Assembly: GCA_029004515.1 (NCBI GenBank)
Contig: JAQVYH010000002.1
Coordinates: 1-59,306 of the forward strand
Direction: 5' to 3'
Source of the DNA: Eubacteriales bacterium
Lineage (GTDB): Bacteria > Bacillota > Clostridia > Monoglobales > UMGS1388
DNA: 59,306 nucleotides
Shown in pieces: positions 20,092 through 28,658 of the stretch. The position numbers were made by a program, and so were the translations under genes. Numbering within the stretch: the stretch's first letter is position 1; each line of letters starts with the position of its first letter. Below the pieces are notes generated by a model that was not told the DNA's origin, did not search any database, and saw nothing but the letters and a program-made list of their open reading frames with translations.

Positions 20092-20099
20092 AAAATAAA

Positions 20100-20699
20100 T
20101 TATTCTGCAATAACCGTATCAGTTTCCTGTACATGAGTTTCCATGGCAGGAGTTTCCTGGGCAGGAGCGCCTATTGCCATAATAATTACCATCTCTGTTG
20201 CTTCGTCCCATGTTACCTGACAATCAAAAGCTTCTGAAATTGCACGAACAGGAACTAAAGTTCTAGTATCAACAAGCTGCGCTGGAACATCAAGAACCTT
20301 TTCTTCCCCGTTTACAAAAAGTGATTTGCTACCAATCTGAAGTGATATTGACTTATTGCCTCTATTTGCAGTAACAGTCTGTGTAGCGTCATTCCATTCA
20401 ACCTCTGCCTTGAGAGCTTCAAAGATAGCTCTCATAGGAACTAAAGTTGTTGAATTAACAAGCTGCGCTGGAACGTCGAGTTCAATCTTTTCGCCATCAA
20501 CAAACATAGTTTTGTTGTTAATCTGGAGAGTTATGATAGATGCCATAACAACCTCAGGAGCAATTTCCTGTGTTGTTGATTCGATATCTTCTTCGGCGAT
20601 AGGCATAACATTTTCATCTGCTAAAGCGTCCTCTGCAAATGCAACCATTGAGCAAAGGAGCATTGTCATAACAAGTGTAAGTGCCATAATTTTTTTCAT
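20100..20699 (-). CDS. Secreted protein with two copper-amine-oxidase N-terminal-like (stalk) domains
   Basis: Signal peptide. Two repeats of LDVPAQLV(N/D)..TLVP(M/V)RAI(F/S)EA...V.W(N/D).AT..V. Confidence 0.8.
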   Translation of the reverse strand: MKKIMALTLVMTMLLCSMVAFAEDALADENVMPIAEEDIESTTQEIAPEVVMASIITLQINNKTMFVDGEKIELDVPAQLVNSTTLVPMRAIFEALKAEVEWNDATQTVTANRGNKSISLQIGSKSLFVNGEEKVLDVPAQLVDTRTLVPVRAISEAFDCQVTWDEATEMVIIMAIGAPAQETPAMETHVQETDTVIAE

Positions 20700-20848
20700 T
20701 TCTAATCAACCTTTCGTATGTAAGTTTTTTGTATTACATTAGTTAATTATAACATCTTTTTCTATGATGTCAAGACAAAAACAGGTTGAAAAAATAGCCG
20801 TTATATGGTAATATAATAAATAGCCTGATATAGGAGGTAAATATTACC

Positions 20849-21892
20849 TTGAACACATTGTTTAAAAAAATGACAGCCGTTTTAATGATAGCATTTATGC
20901 TCTTGTTTTCAGGTTGTTTAATTACGAAAACGGACGAATCTTTTGCTGATGGGGATTGTGCAATTACCTTTCTTGACGTGGGCAATGCCGATAGCAGTCT
21001 TATCAGGTGCGGCGATGAATATATGCTTATCGATGGTGGCAATAATGATGATGGTGATTGGATTAGCACTTTTCTTATGGAAAGAGGGATATCCACTCTT
21101 AAATATGTTGTTGCAACCCATCCCCACGAGGACCATATTGGCGGACTTGATGATGTTATATATAATATAGATGTCCAGATGTTGCTTATTCCCCAATGTG
21201 AACACGAAGGACAGGATGCTCAAAGTATGATGCAGACTGTTAATGCTAAAGAGGTTTATACTGAATATGCACAGGTTGGTGATAAGTATACACTAGGTGA
21301 TGGCTCATTTGAGATTATTGGGCCTGTAAATATCACAGGCAATATGAATGGTAATTCTATCGTGCTGCGATATGACTATCAGGGCGTTTCTGCACTCTTT
21401 ACAGGCGATGCAGAGCGCAAGGAAGAACAGGCAATGCTTGATAGGGGATTAATTTCGGATATTGATATACTTAAAGTTGGGCATCATGGAAGCTGAGAGG
21501 GTAGCTCTTATCCATTTTTAAGACAAGCTCTCCCAGAGTATGCAGTAGTACCTTGTGGTGAGGGTAATTCCTATGGTCATCCTCACGATGAGGCTATGAG
21601 TAGACTAAAAGATTGTGGTGCGATGGTTTATCGTACAGATGAAGTAGGTAATGTTGTCTTATTAATTGAAGATGGTAAGATTTATGCCAAAACTCAAATC
21701 GAATTACCTGACCAGCCTGTTATTCTATCAAAAGAGAATACGGATGGTGAATATATCGGAAACATAAAATCTTATGTTTATCATACAGAGTCGTGTAAGA
21801 GCCTTCCCGCAGAGCACAACCGAGAGTATCTCACATCAAAGGAAGAGGCGGAAAGTAAAGGATATAAGGCTTGTGGTAATTGCAATCCTTAA
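20849..21892 (+). pseudogene. ComEC-type metallo-beta-lactamase-fold lipoprotein interrupted by one in-frame TGA (21494-21496)
   Basis: Lipobox LLFSGC; MBL motif THPHEDHIGG. KVGHHGS-stop-EGSSYPF...NSYGHPH...VYRTDE reads straight through in the same frame (21596-20849 = 747, a multiple of 3). C-terminal Cys-rich YHTESC...CGNC module. Confidence 0.8.
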
Positions 21893-21910
21893 TGAAAGGA
21901 ATTTAGTAAA

Positions 21911-23635
21911 ATGGCGTTTGATGGACTTACAGTTTGCCGATTGGCAGACGAACTTAATAAAAAACTATTCGAGGGTAGAATAGAAAAGGTATTACAACCT
22001 GAAAAGGACGAAGTGAACCTTGTTATACGAGCAAAGGGTGAGAATCACCGTTTGCTTATTAGTGCAGGCTCCTTTGCTCCGAGAGCACATCTTACAAGCT
22101 CTGTTAAGGAGAACCCAGCTGTGCCACCACTTTTTTGTATGCTTCTGCGTAAGCATATCGCAGGTGGTAGGGTTGTTTCCTTTGAACAACCTGACTTCGA
22201 GAGAATCCTCATAATGCGAGTTGCAAGTCGTGATGAGCTGGGTGATATGTCCATTAAGAGCCTATATATGGAACTTATGGGTCGTTGCAGCAATATTGTA
22301 CTTGTTGATGCTGGTGGTAAGATATTAGGTTGCGCTAAAAATATTGACATATCTGTCAGTAGTGTAAGACAGGTGCTTACAGGGCTTACCTACACACTTC
22401 CGCCATCACAGAATAAAATCAATCCCCTTTTGGCAATAAGAGAAGAAATCTTTAATGCAGTTGATAAAGTACTCCCTGCAGATAAGGCTGTTCTTGAAGG
22501 ATTCACAGGTATTAGTCCGCTTATTGCAAGAGAGATTGCGTACACATTTTTTGGTGATGCAACACAAGATTTATCTATGATTGACTATACTAGAAAATCT
22601 GCCTTTGCCGAGCATATTTACAGCTGGTTTAGAAGCTTCACCGAGGATAACGATGGAGGATGGATTCTTACTGATACGCACAAGAGAAAAACTGCTGATT
22701 TTGCCCCTGTTGACATTTGTCAATATGGTGATTATATGGAGAAAGAACATTATGATTCAATCTCCAATGTGATAGACACATATTACTATCAAAAGGACTT
22801 AACCGAAAGGGCAAATCAGCGCAAGAGCAATCTTACAAAGTTTGTTAATAACAATATTGCCCGTTGTCAGAAAAAGCTCGCGGTGCTTCAAAGAGAGCTT
22901 TCGCAGGCACAGGGTAAGGAGAAGTATAAAATCTGTGGAGATATCCTGACAGCTAATCTTTATCAGCTTAAGGAGGGGCAGAAAAGCGTAGTTCTCTTTA
23001 ACTATTATGATAATAATGATATTAGTATTGACCTCCTACAAGAGCTTTCACCATCTGCTAATGCCCAGAGATACTATAATCTGTATAATAAATACAAAAC
23101 TGCTGAAATCAGATGTGAAGAACAGCTTGGGTTATGCCAAGGCGAGCTTGAATATTTTGAGAGTGTATTAAGCCTTTTGGAGATTAATGATACTGAAAAA
23201 GAGCTTATGGAAATAAGAGATGAGCTTGTATCCGCAGGGTATATGGTGGGGAATAAGTCAAAAGGGAAAAAGCAACCTAAAAAGGCCGAGTCCAAGCCAT
23301 TACACTTTACAACCAGTGAAGGTCTTGATGTATATGTTGGTAAGAACAATCTACAAAATGATAAGCTTACAATGAAAACTGCACACAATAGCGATATATG
23401 GTTCCATGTTAAGAATTATCCCGGTAGCCATACGATACTTGCGGCGGCAGGTAGAGAATATACGGATGCCTCCATTATGGAAGCGGCTGTGATTGCTGCT
23501 AGGCACTCCAAGGCATCCTCATCATCAAAGGTGCCTGTTGATTATACTTTTATAAGAAATATTAAGAAGCCAAACGGAGCAAAGCCGGGCTTTGTTATCT
23601 ATGAAACTTACAATACGGTATATGTAACACCATAG
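21911..23635 (+). CDS. rqcH: RqcH / NFACT-family ribosome quality-control protein (fibronectin-binding protein A-like)
   Basis: N-terminal MAFDGLTV...L..G.I.KV.QP NFACT-N, a coiled-coil middle region and a C-terminal NFACT-R (DIWFHVKNYPGSH). Confidence 0.87.
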   Translation: MAFDGLTVCRLADELNKKLFEGRIEKVLQPEKDEVNLVIRAKGENHRLLISAGSFAPRAHLTSSVKENPAVPPLFCMLLRKHIAGGRVVSFEQPDFERILIMRVASRDELGDMSIKSLYMELMGRCSNIVLVDAGGKILGCAKNIDISVSSVRQVLTGLTYTLPPSQNKINPLLAIREEIFNAVDKVLPADKAVLEGFTGISPLIAREIAYTFFGDATQDLSMIDYTRKSAFAEHIYSWFRSFTEDNDGGWILTDTHKRKTADFAPVDICQYGDYMEKEHYDSISNVIDTYYYQKDLTERANQRKSNLTKFVNNNIARCQKKLAVLQRELSQAQGKEKYKICGDILTANLYQLKEGQKSVVLFNYYDNNDISIDLLQELSPSANAQRYYNLYNKYKTAEIRCEEQLGLCQGELEYFESVLSLLEINDTEKELMEIRDELVSAGYMVGNKSKGKKQPKKAESKPLHFTTSEGLDVYVGKNNLQNDKLTMKTAHNSDIWFHVKNYPGSHTILAAAGREYTDASIMEAAVIAARHSKASSSSKVPVDYTFIRNIKKPNGAKPGFVIYETYNTVYVTP

Positions 23636-23646
23636 GAATTATCTAC

Positions 23647-23687
23647 ACACCTCCTGAATATGTTTATATATCAGGAGGTGTTTTTTT
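23647..23687 (+). terminator. rqcH terminator hairpin
   Basis: ACACCTCCTGA...TCAGGAGGTGT stem followed by TTTTTT. The 3' arm doubles as the GGAGG RBS for the GTG start at 23688. Confidence 0.7.
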
Positions 23688-24833
23688 GTGTTAAGCATAA
23701 AGAGGTTATTTTTCTCAACAGGAATCTTTTGTGTCATAGCGCTGTTCTGGGTTACTTTTGTAGGTGGAGATAGGACAACTCCTGTTAATACTATTCCCAA
23801 AACAGACTTTGTAGATATGCAAGGTTATGAGTGGGCGCTTGATGCAGTTTCAGAGCTTGTGGATAAAGGGATAATTTCCGGTGTAACCCCTACTGAATTT
23901 AACCCTACAGGTGAGGTTACTCGTGAACAACTCGCAAAGATGCTTACCATCGCATTTGGACTTAAGGATAAAAAAGATAATCCTTATAATGATGTGGAGA
24001 AGGATAGATGGTCATACTCATATATCTCATCTGCTTGCGGTTTTATGTATATCGAGGGAGATAGGTTTCAGCCAACAAAAAGTGTTTCCCGCGAGGAAGC
24101 GGCTGCAGCAATTGTAAATTGTGCTAGGCTTGAGATAACAGAGAATGCAAGAATTCTAGACGCAGAATTCGCTGATGGAATGCTTGTTGCTCCTTCAATT
24201 AAAAAAGAGGTTGCAACAGCATATGAAAATAAACTTATCGACGGTATTGATGGGAAGCTTCAGCCTATCATGCCCATACGAAGGTGTGATGCAACGCTTA
24301 TGATTTATAGAGGAATATTACTCCAAAGTAAAAAGCTTACGCCCATTTTGGGAGAAGCACAGGTAGACTATAAGGTAGCGCAACAATGGGCTAAGAATAG
24401 GAATGCTGCGGATATTTTTATAGACGCAGCTCCTATATATTGGAAGTATGGCAAAATAACAGGAATCCGTCCCGAGGTGTTATATTGTCAGGCGGCAAAG
24501 GAAACAAATTATGGGAAATACACAGGGCAGGTCACGCCTGATATGAACAACTGGGCAGGGATTAAGACAATAAATGCTACAGGGGACAAGCCTGAGGATC
24601 ACGAGAGATTCTTAACTCCCGATGATGGAATAAGAGCGCACTTCAATCATATGTGCGCATATGTGGGGATAGTGCCTGTGGGACAACCGCACGATAGGTA
24701 TAAGGCAGTGCTTTCTCGTTCCTTTGCAGGGAGTGTTAAATATGTTGAACACCTTGGAGGGAAATGGGCACCAGCACAGGATTATGGTGAGAGTATAGTC
24801 AATGATTACCTTAATAAGCTCCTTGCAACATAA
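23688..24833 (+). CDS. Cell-wall hydrolase: SLH domains plus a C-terminal glucosaminidase (mannosyl-glycoprotein endo-beta-N-acetylglucosaminidase) domain
   Basis: SLH-like W.....V..L...GI..G.....F.P....TR.Q.A.M repeats. C-terminal AAKETNYGKY...NNWAGIK resembles the glucosaminidase family. Confidence 0.78.
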   Translation: MLSIKRLFFSTGIFCVIALFWVTFVGGDRTTPVNTIPKTDFVDMQGYEWALDAVSELVDKGIISGVTPTEFNPTGEVTREQLAKMLTIAFGLKDKKDNPYNDVEKDRWSYSYISSACGFMYIEGDRFQPTKSVSREEAAAAIVNCARLEITENARILDAEFADGMLVAPSIKKEVATAYENKLIDGIDGKLQPIMPIRRCDATLMIYRGILLQSKKLTPILGEAQVDYKVAQQWAKNRNAADIFIDAAPIYWKYGKITGIRPEVLYCQAAKETNYGKYTGQVTPDMNNWAGIKTINATGDKPEDHERFLTPDDGIRAHFNHMCAYVGIVPVGQPHDRYKAVLSRSFAGSVKYVEHLGGKWAPAQDYGESIVNDYLNKLLAT

Positions 24834-24889
24834 GGTTATTTATGATAAAATGTCATATAATCAGTTTTAAGCAAAAGGATTGATATACT

Positions 24890-25516
24890 ATGACGAAAAA
24901 AGAAAGAGTATTAAAGATAAAAGAGATTTTGGATATAGAATATGGTGAGGCAGAATGCTCATTGCAGTTTGAAAAACCCTATGAGCTTCTTATCGCAACA
25001 CAACTTGCGGCTCAGTGTACCGATGCAAGGGTAAATATGGTGACGCCTGCCCTTTTTGAAAGATATCCATCTATCAAGGCATTAGCCGAGGCGGATATAA
25101 ACGAGCTTATGATATATATTCATTCAACGGGGTTTTATAGAAATAAGGCAAAAAACATCATCGGATGCTGTAAAAAATTATTATCAGAATATAATGGCGA
25201 AGTGCCTGATACAATGGAGGAGCTATTAACTCTTGATGGTGTAGGCAGAAAGACAGCTAACATTATCCTTGGAGATGTATACAAAAAACCTGCCATGGTG
25301 ATTGATACTCACGCAGGCAGGCTTGCACGCAGAATGGGACTTACTAAAAATACCGACCCTGTTAAGGTGGAGTTTGATTTGATTAAAATTGTTCCTCCTG
25401 AATATACAGCTACTTTCGGTCATCAGCTTGTATGGCATGGCAGAAAATACTGTATGTCACGAAAGCCTGATTGCGTCAACTGTCCTGTAAGAGAGGTTTG
25501 CCCAAAGATTATTTGA
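24890..25516 (+). CDS. nth: Endonuclease III
   Basis: HhH-GPD motif LLTLDGVGRKTANI and a C-terminal 4Fe-4S cluster loop C.....C..C.....C. Confidence 0.95.
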   Translation: MTKKERVLKIKEILDIEYGEAECSLQFEKPYELLIATQLAAQCTDARVNMVTPALFERYPSIKALAEADINELMIYIHSTGFYRNKAKNIIGCCKKLLSEYNGEVPDTMEELLTLDGVGRKTANIILGDVYKKPAMVIDTHAGRLARRMGLTKNTDPVKVEFDLIKIVPPEYTATFGHQLVWHGRKYCMSRKPDCVNCPVREVCPKII

Positions 25517-25519
25517 TGG

Positions 25520-25767
25520 CTGCTGAACAATTCGAAAACTCCACCGCCCCGCGGCTTGAAAGCGCTTTTTGAATTGTTCAGGTGCAAGGTTTTTGAGCGA
25601 TTTGGCGAAAAAAGCTTGCACTTTGCGTAGGCTGTCGTCTCCCGACTGCCTACGCAAACAGCAGGTCAATCAATGCCGTGAACCTATAAATAGCATTTTA
25701 ATGCTATTTATTTGTGTGAAATTGCAAATTTCACACAAATGGTTTCGCAAAACCATTTGTTCAGCAG
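25520..25767. repeat. Family C: 248-bp chain of at least six hairpins bounded by 11-bp terminal inverted repeats (CTGCTGAACAA / TTGTTCAGCAG)
   Basis: Fills the whole convergent nth/folC spacer. Hairpins include TGCGTAGGC...GCCTACGCA, TGTGTGAAATT-GC-AAATTTCACACA, AAATAGCATT-TT-AATGCTATTT and AATGGTTT-CGC-AAAACCATT. Confidence 0.75.
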
Positions 25768-25774
25768 GCATTAT

Positions 25775-27001
25775 TTAAAATTTAATATCCTTATATGTGT
25801 ATAGAGAACCGCAGATGATGACAAGCTCATCCTTTGCGGCTTTTTTTATGGCATCATTAACTGTGTTTACTGCTATCATATTTATACCGTACTTTGCCGC
25901 ACTTTTTTGTATATCAATGTTTTTCATAGCACGAGGATTGCCCTGTACTGTAAAGGCGTAAAAGTCAGAATCTTTATAATTGGATAGAAGCTTAAAGATT
26001 CCTCCAAGGTCCTTATCTTCCATAAACCCACAGATAAAAGTCTTTTTAGCTTGTGGATAATATCTCTCGAGATTCTTTATAAGGGCAGTAACTCCATTTG
26101 GATTGTGTGCTCCGTCAAAGATAATTTTTTCACTAAGCTTTTCAAATCGTCCTATATGATTTGCCTTTTTCAAGCCCTCTTTGATATGCTCCGGGGAAAT
26201 GCCGAGTGCAAGGGCAGTTTCGATTGCAAGGCTTGCATTCTCAATCTGATTATATCCGCCTATTCCCAAGGAAATATTCTCTATATTTTTATAGCTAAAT
26301 TGCTCATAAATATCCTGATGCAGATGACTTTTCGCTTCGGAAATAAGGTGGATTTCACATCCACTTTGCTTTGCAGCGTCAGTTATAACCTTCATAGCTT
26401 GCTCATCTTGCTCAAGAGTAACAATAGGACACCCATCTTTTATTATTCCGGCTTTTGCGCTTGCCACATCGCAGAGTGTATCCCCAAGGTAATTCATATG
26501 GTCCATTGCGATTCGTGTAATTATAGAAAACAAAGGCTTTTCGATAACATTTGTTGCATCGTGAGTTCCGCCAAGACCTGTCTCGATTACTGCGATATCA
26601 CATTTTTGCTGATAAAAGTATAGAAATGCGGCTGCTGTCCATATTTCAAATTGTGTTGGCATCTCGCCTAGGGTTGTGCTCGCCTTTTCGGCGGCATCTT
26701 TTACAGTTGCCATCAGCTGGTCTAAATTATCCTGAGATATTTTTTCTCCATCTATTGTGATTCTTTCACGGATATCAAGCATTTCAGGAGAGATGTATCT
26801 GCCAGTCTTTTTACCGCTTGCTGAAAGAATGCTTTGCAAAAAAACACATACAGAGCCTTTGCCATTAGTGCCGGCTATGTGAATGCATTTAGTTTTATTA
26901 TGAGGATTACCAAGTATTTCCAACAGACATGTTATGCCCTCAAGGCGAAGCTTTGCAACAGCTTGGAAAGAGTTAGCATAGGTTGTGAAATTTTCATTCA
27001 A
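25775..27001 (-). CDS. folC: Bifunctional folylpolyglutamate synthase / dihydrofolate synthase
   Basis: Mur-ligase P-loop HIAGTNGKGS. Length 408 aa. Translationally coupled (ATGA overlap) to the upstream folT. Confidence 0.92.
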   Translation of the reverse strand: MNENFTTYANSFQAVAKLRLEGITCLLEILGNPHNKTKCIHIAGTNGKGSVCVFLQSILSASGKKTGRYISPEMLDIRERITIDGEKISQDNLDQLMATVKDAAEKASTTLGEMPTQFEIWTAAAFLYFYQQKCDIAVIETGLGGTHDATNVIEKPLFSIITRIAMDHMNYLGDTLCDVASAKAGIIKDGCPIVTLEQDEQAMKVITDAAKQSGCEIHLISEAKSHLHQDIYEQFSYKNIENISLGIGGYNQIENASLAIETALALGISPEHIKEGLKKANHIGRFEKLSEKIIFDGAHNPNGVTALIKNLERYYPQAKKTFICGFMEDKDLGGIFKLLSNYKDSDFYAFTVQGNPRAMKNIDIQKSAAKYGINMIAVNTVNDAIKKAAKDELVIICGSLYTYKDIKF

Positions 27002-27528
27002 CGGTTTATCATCCTTTCAAAGGTGCCCAGGTGCTTCTTCAAGATAACGCATACAAGGATATACATACCAAGCTTTACTACAGAAGCTATTAATCTTATT
27101 GATATAGCTGTTATATAGCCTGGGAAATATCCAACGGAAGTAAGGATATAGGATACAACAAAAATATCCACCAAGGATAAAACCACTGCACATATAACGG
27201 TATTCATATAGTAATTCTTCTTTTTATAAAAGAACAAACCAAAAATAAATCCGTATAAAAATTCTACTGCTGTGATCTGTGGGATGATTGGTCCGACCGG
27301 TACAATAAGGGCGTTTAATATGTCACCTAATGCGCCCACAACGCCTCCCCATACAGGGCCAAAAATCACCGCTGTAACAAATACTGTTACAAATTTGAAT
27401 GGGATCTTGATTGCATTACCAATACGAAATGTACAGTATATTGCTAATAGAACGGTAAGTGCTGTTAGCATACCCAGCATACATAGCTTTCGTACGGTTA
27501 GTTTTTCTAAACCTAAAAATTTTCTCAT
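26998..27528 (-). CDS. folT: ECF transporter S component, folate family
   Basis: A 176-aa, 6-TM S-component-like protein. Directly preceded by a THF riboswitch and followed by folC. Confidence 0.82.
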   Translation of the reverse strand: MRKFLGLEKLTVRKLCMLGMLTALTVLLAIYCTFRIGNAIKIPFKFVTVFVTAVIFGPVWGGVVGALGDILNALIVPVGPIIPQITAVEFLYGFIFGLFFYKKKNYYMNTVICAVVLSLVDIFVVSYILTSVGYFPGYITAISIRLIASVVKLGMYILVCVILKKHLGTFERMINR

Positions 27529-27596
27529 AAAAAAATCCTTTCTGTAACATCGCTACAAAAAGGCACAATAGTATACCATTTGATTATTGTTTGTAG

Positions 27597-27702
27597 CAAC
27601 GGGATGCGACCACCGTACCGCAAGAGTCGGCAAGACTCTTTTCGTCCCTCTGACAACTCCCCGTTCAGAAGGCACTTCACGCACGACAGTCTACTCTGCC
27701 TA
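27597..27702 (-). promoter_or_regulatory. THF (tetrahydrofolate) riboswitch aptamer
   Basis: The minus strand reads GGCAGAGUAGACUGUCGUGCGUGAAGUGCC...GAACGGGGAGUUG...GGGACGAA...GCGGUACGGUGGUCGCAUCC. This matches the conserved AGAGUAG / GCGUnAAGUG / GAAnGGGA / ACGAA / GCGG / GCAUCC blocks of the THF class-I aptamer as I remember it. The genomic context (folT-folC) fits. Confidence 0.85.
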
Positions 27703-27717
27703 TAATTTATATTAGCT

Positions 27718-27746
27718 ATTATCCCACTATTTTTATATATTGTCAA
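27718..27746 (-). promoter_or_regulatory. Promoter of the riboswitch-folT-folC unit
   Basis: On the minus strand, TTGACA, a 17-nt spacer, then GATAAT, about 15 nt upstream of the aptamer. Confidence 0.6.
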
Positions 27747-27870
27747 GTGGAAAGGTAATAAAATACAAATATAATAAGAACCCCATACAATAACACAATC
27801 TAGAATTGGGTTTATGTCTGTGAATCTCCATATATTTACAATGAAAAAGGGCTTGCAAAATGCAAACCCT

Positions 27871-28111
27871 CAGACCGTCGAAGAAGTCGTTCAACCACAA
27901 GCAAAAGAGAAAATATTTATCTCTTGCTTGTTCTATAAAAAAATAAAATATAATTATAATGGCGTAGGTTTTATCGAAAACCTACGCCATTGCTTGCTTT
28001 CACCCTTCCCGACCTCTACCGTACCCTCGTACGCCGACGATGTCGGGAATGTCGAATTTAACTTCCTTTTTCGCAGTCTGCCAGCGTGTCTATAGGTTTA
28101 TCGACACGCTG
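27871..28111 (-). repeat. Family A element, copy 3
   Basis: Near-identical to copies 1 and 4. Flanked by a 23-bp palindrome AGGG(C/T)TTGCAAAATGCAAACCCT at 27848-27870 and 28112-28134. Confidence 0.9.
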
Positions 28112-28145
28112 AGGGTTTGCAAAATGCAAACCCTTAACGTCTTTT

Positions 28146-28616
28146 TTACTCTTCAAATTCCTGCTCAAAGGAGTAGTCTACATCAACAATTTCTCCTTCG
28201 TTTTCAAGTTCAGAAATAAATTCGGTTGTTTCTTTAAAAAGCTCTGATTTACTTAACTTGCTTGCAAGAGCAGAAATTTCCTTTGTGCTCTTTGAGATAA
28301 GCGCTTTAATTTCATCTTTGATTTCGGCAATCTTCGCAGAAGCTTTATCCATAATTTCCTTGCGCTTTTCTGCGGAGTCTTCTCCGACCAAAGCTTCTTT
28401 TGTTTCGCTTACTATATTTGTTATTTGGTCCTTCTTTATGTCGATAGTCTGTCTGATTGAGGTTTTCTTTGATTTCAACCACTTTCCTGCTTTTTCTGAA
28501 TAGCTGCCTGTTTCACTAGGCATTTCGTTAATTTCGCTGTTGATTTTAGTCAACATCAATGCTGCGCCAACTCCCGCTATAAAGCCCATAAACAAACCTG
28601 CAGTATGCTTTTTCAT
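28146..28616 (-). CDS. YtxH-like membrane-anchored coiled-coil protein
   Basis: N-terminal TM helix GLFMGFIAGVGAALML followed by a charged helical region. ATG at 28616 with an AGGTGGAG RBS. Confidence 0.7.
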   Translation of the reverse strand: MKKHTAGLFMGFIAGVGAALMLTKINSEINEMPSETGSYSEKAGKWLKSKKTSIRQTIDIKKDQITNIVSETKEALVGEDSAEKRKEIMDKASAKIAEIKDEIKALISKSTKEISALASKLSKSELFKETTEFISELENEGEIVDVDYSFEQEFEE

Positions 28617-28658
28617 AATGTACTCCACCTTTCGTGCAATAAAATAATAATTTATTTG

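Noticed and set aside
21494-21496. Selenocysteine or reassigned TGA in the MBL gene.
   Set aside because: I see no convincing SECIS-type hairpin in the ~40 nt downstream. The position is not a redox Cys/Sec site in this fold. TGA terminates other genes in the window.
25457-25778. ORFs of 70 and 69 aa (both strands) inside the family C hairpin cassette.
   Set aside because: They overlap each other in a palindrome-dense spacer, with no RBS. One begins inside the 3' end of nth and the other runs 4 nt into the folC stop region on the opposite strand.
27525-27746. A 73-aa minus-strand ORF upstream of folT.
   Set aside because: It coincides with the THF riboswitch and its promoter. The riboswitch explanation is much stronger.
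27814-28095. A 93-aa ORF spanning family A copy 3, and similar short ORFs over other repeat copies.
   Set aside because: The reading frame is not conserved between copies, which differ in indels and orientation. There is no RBS, and the translation is junk.
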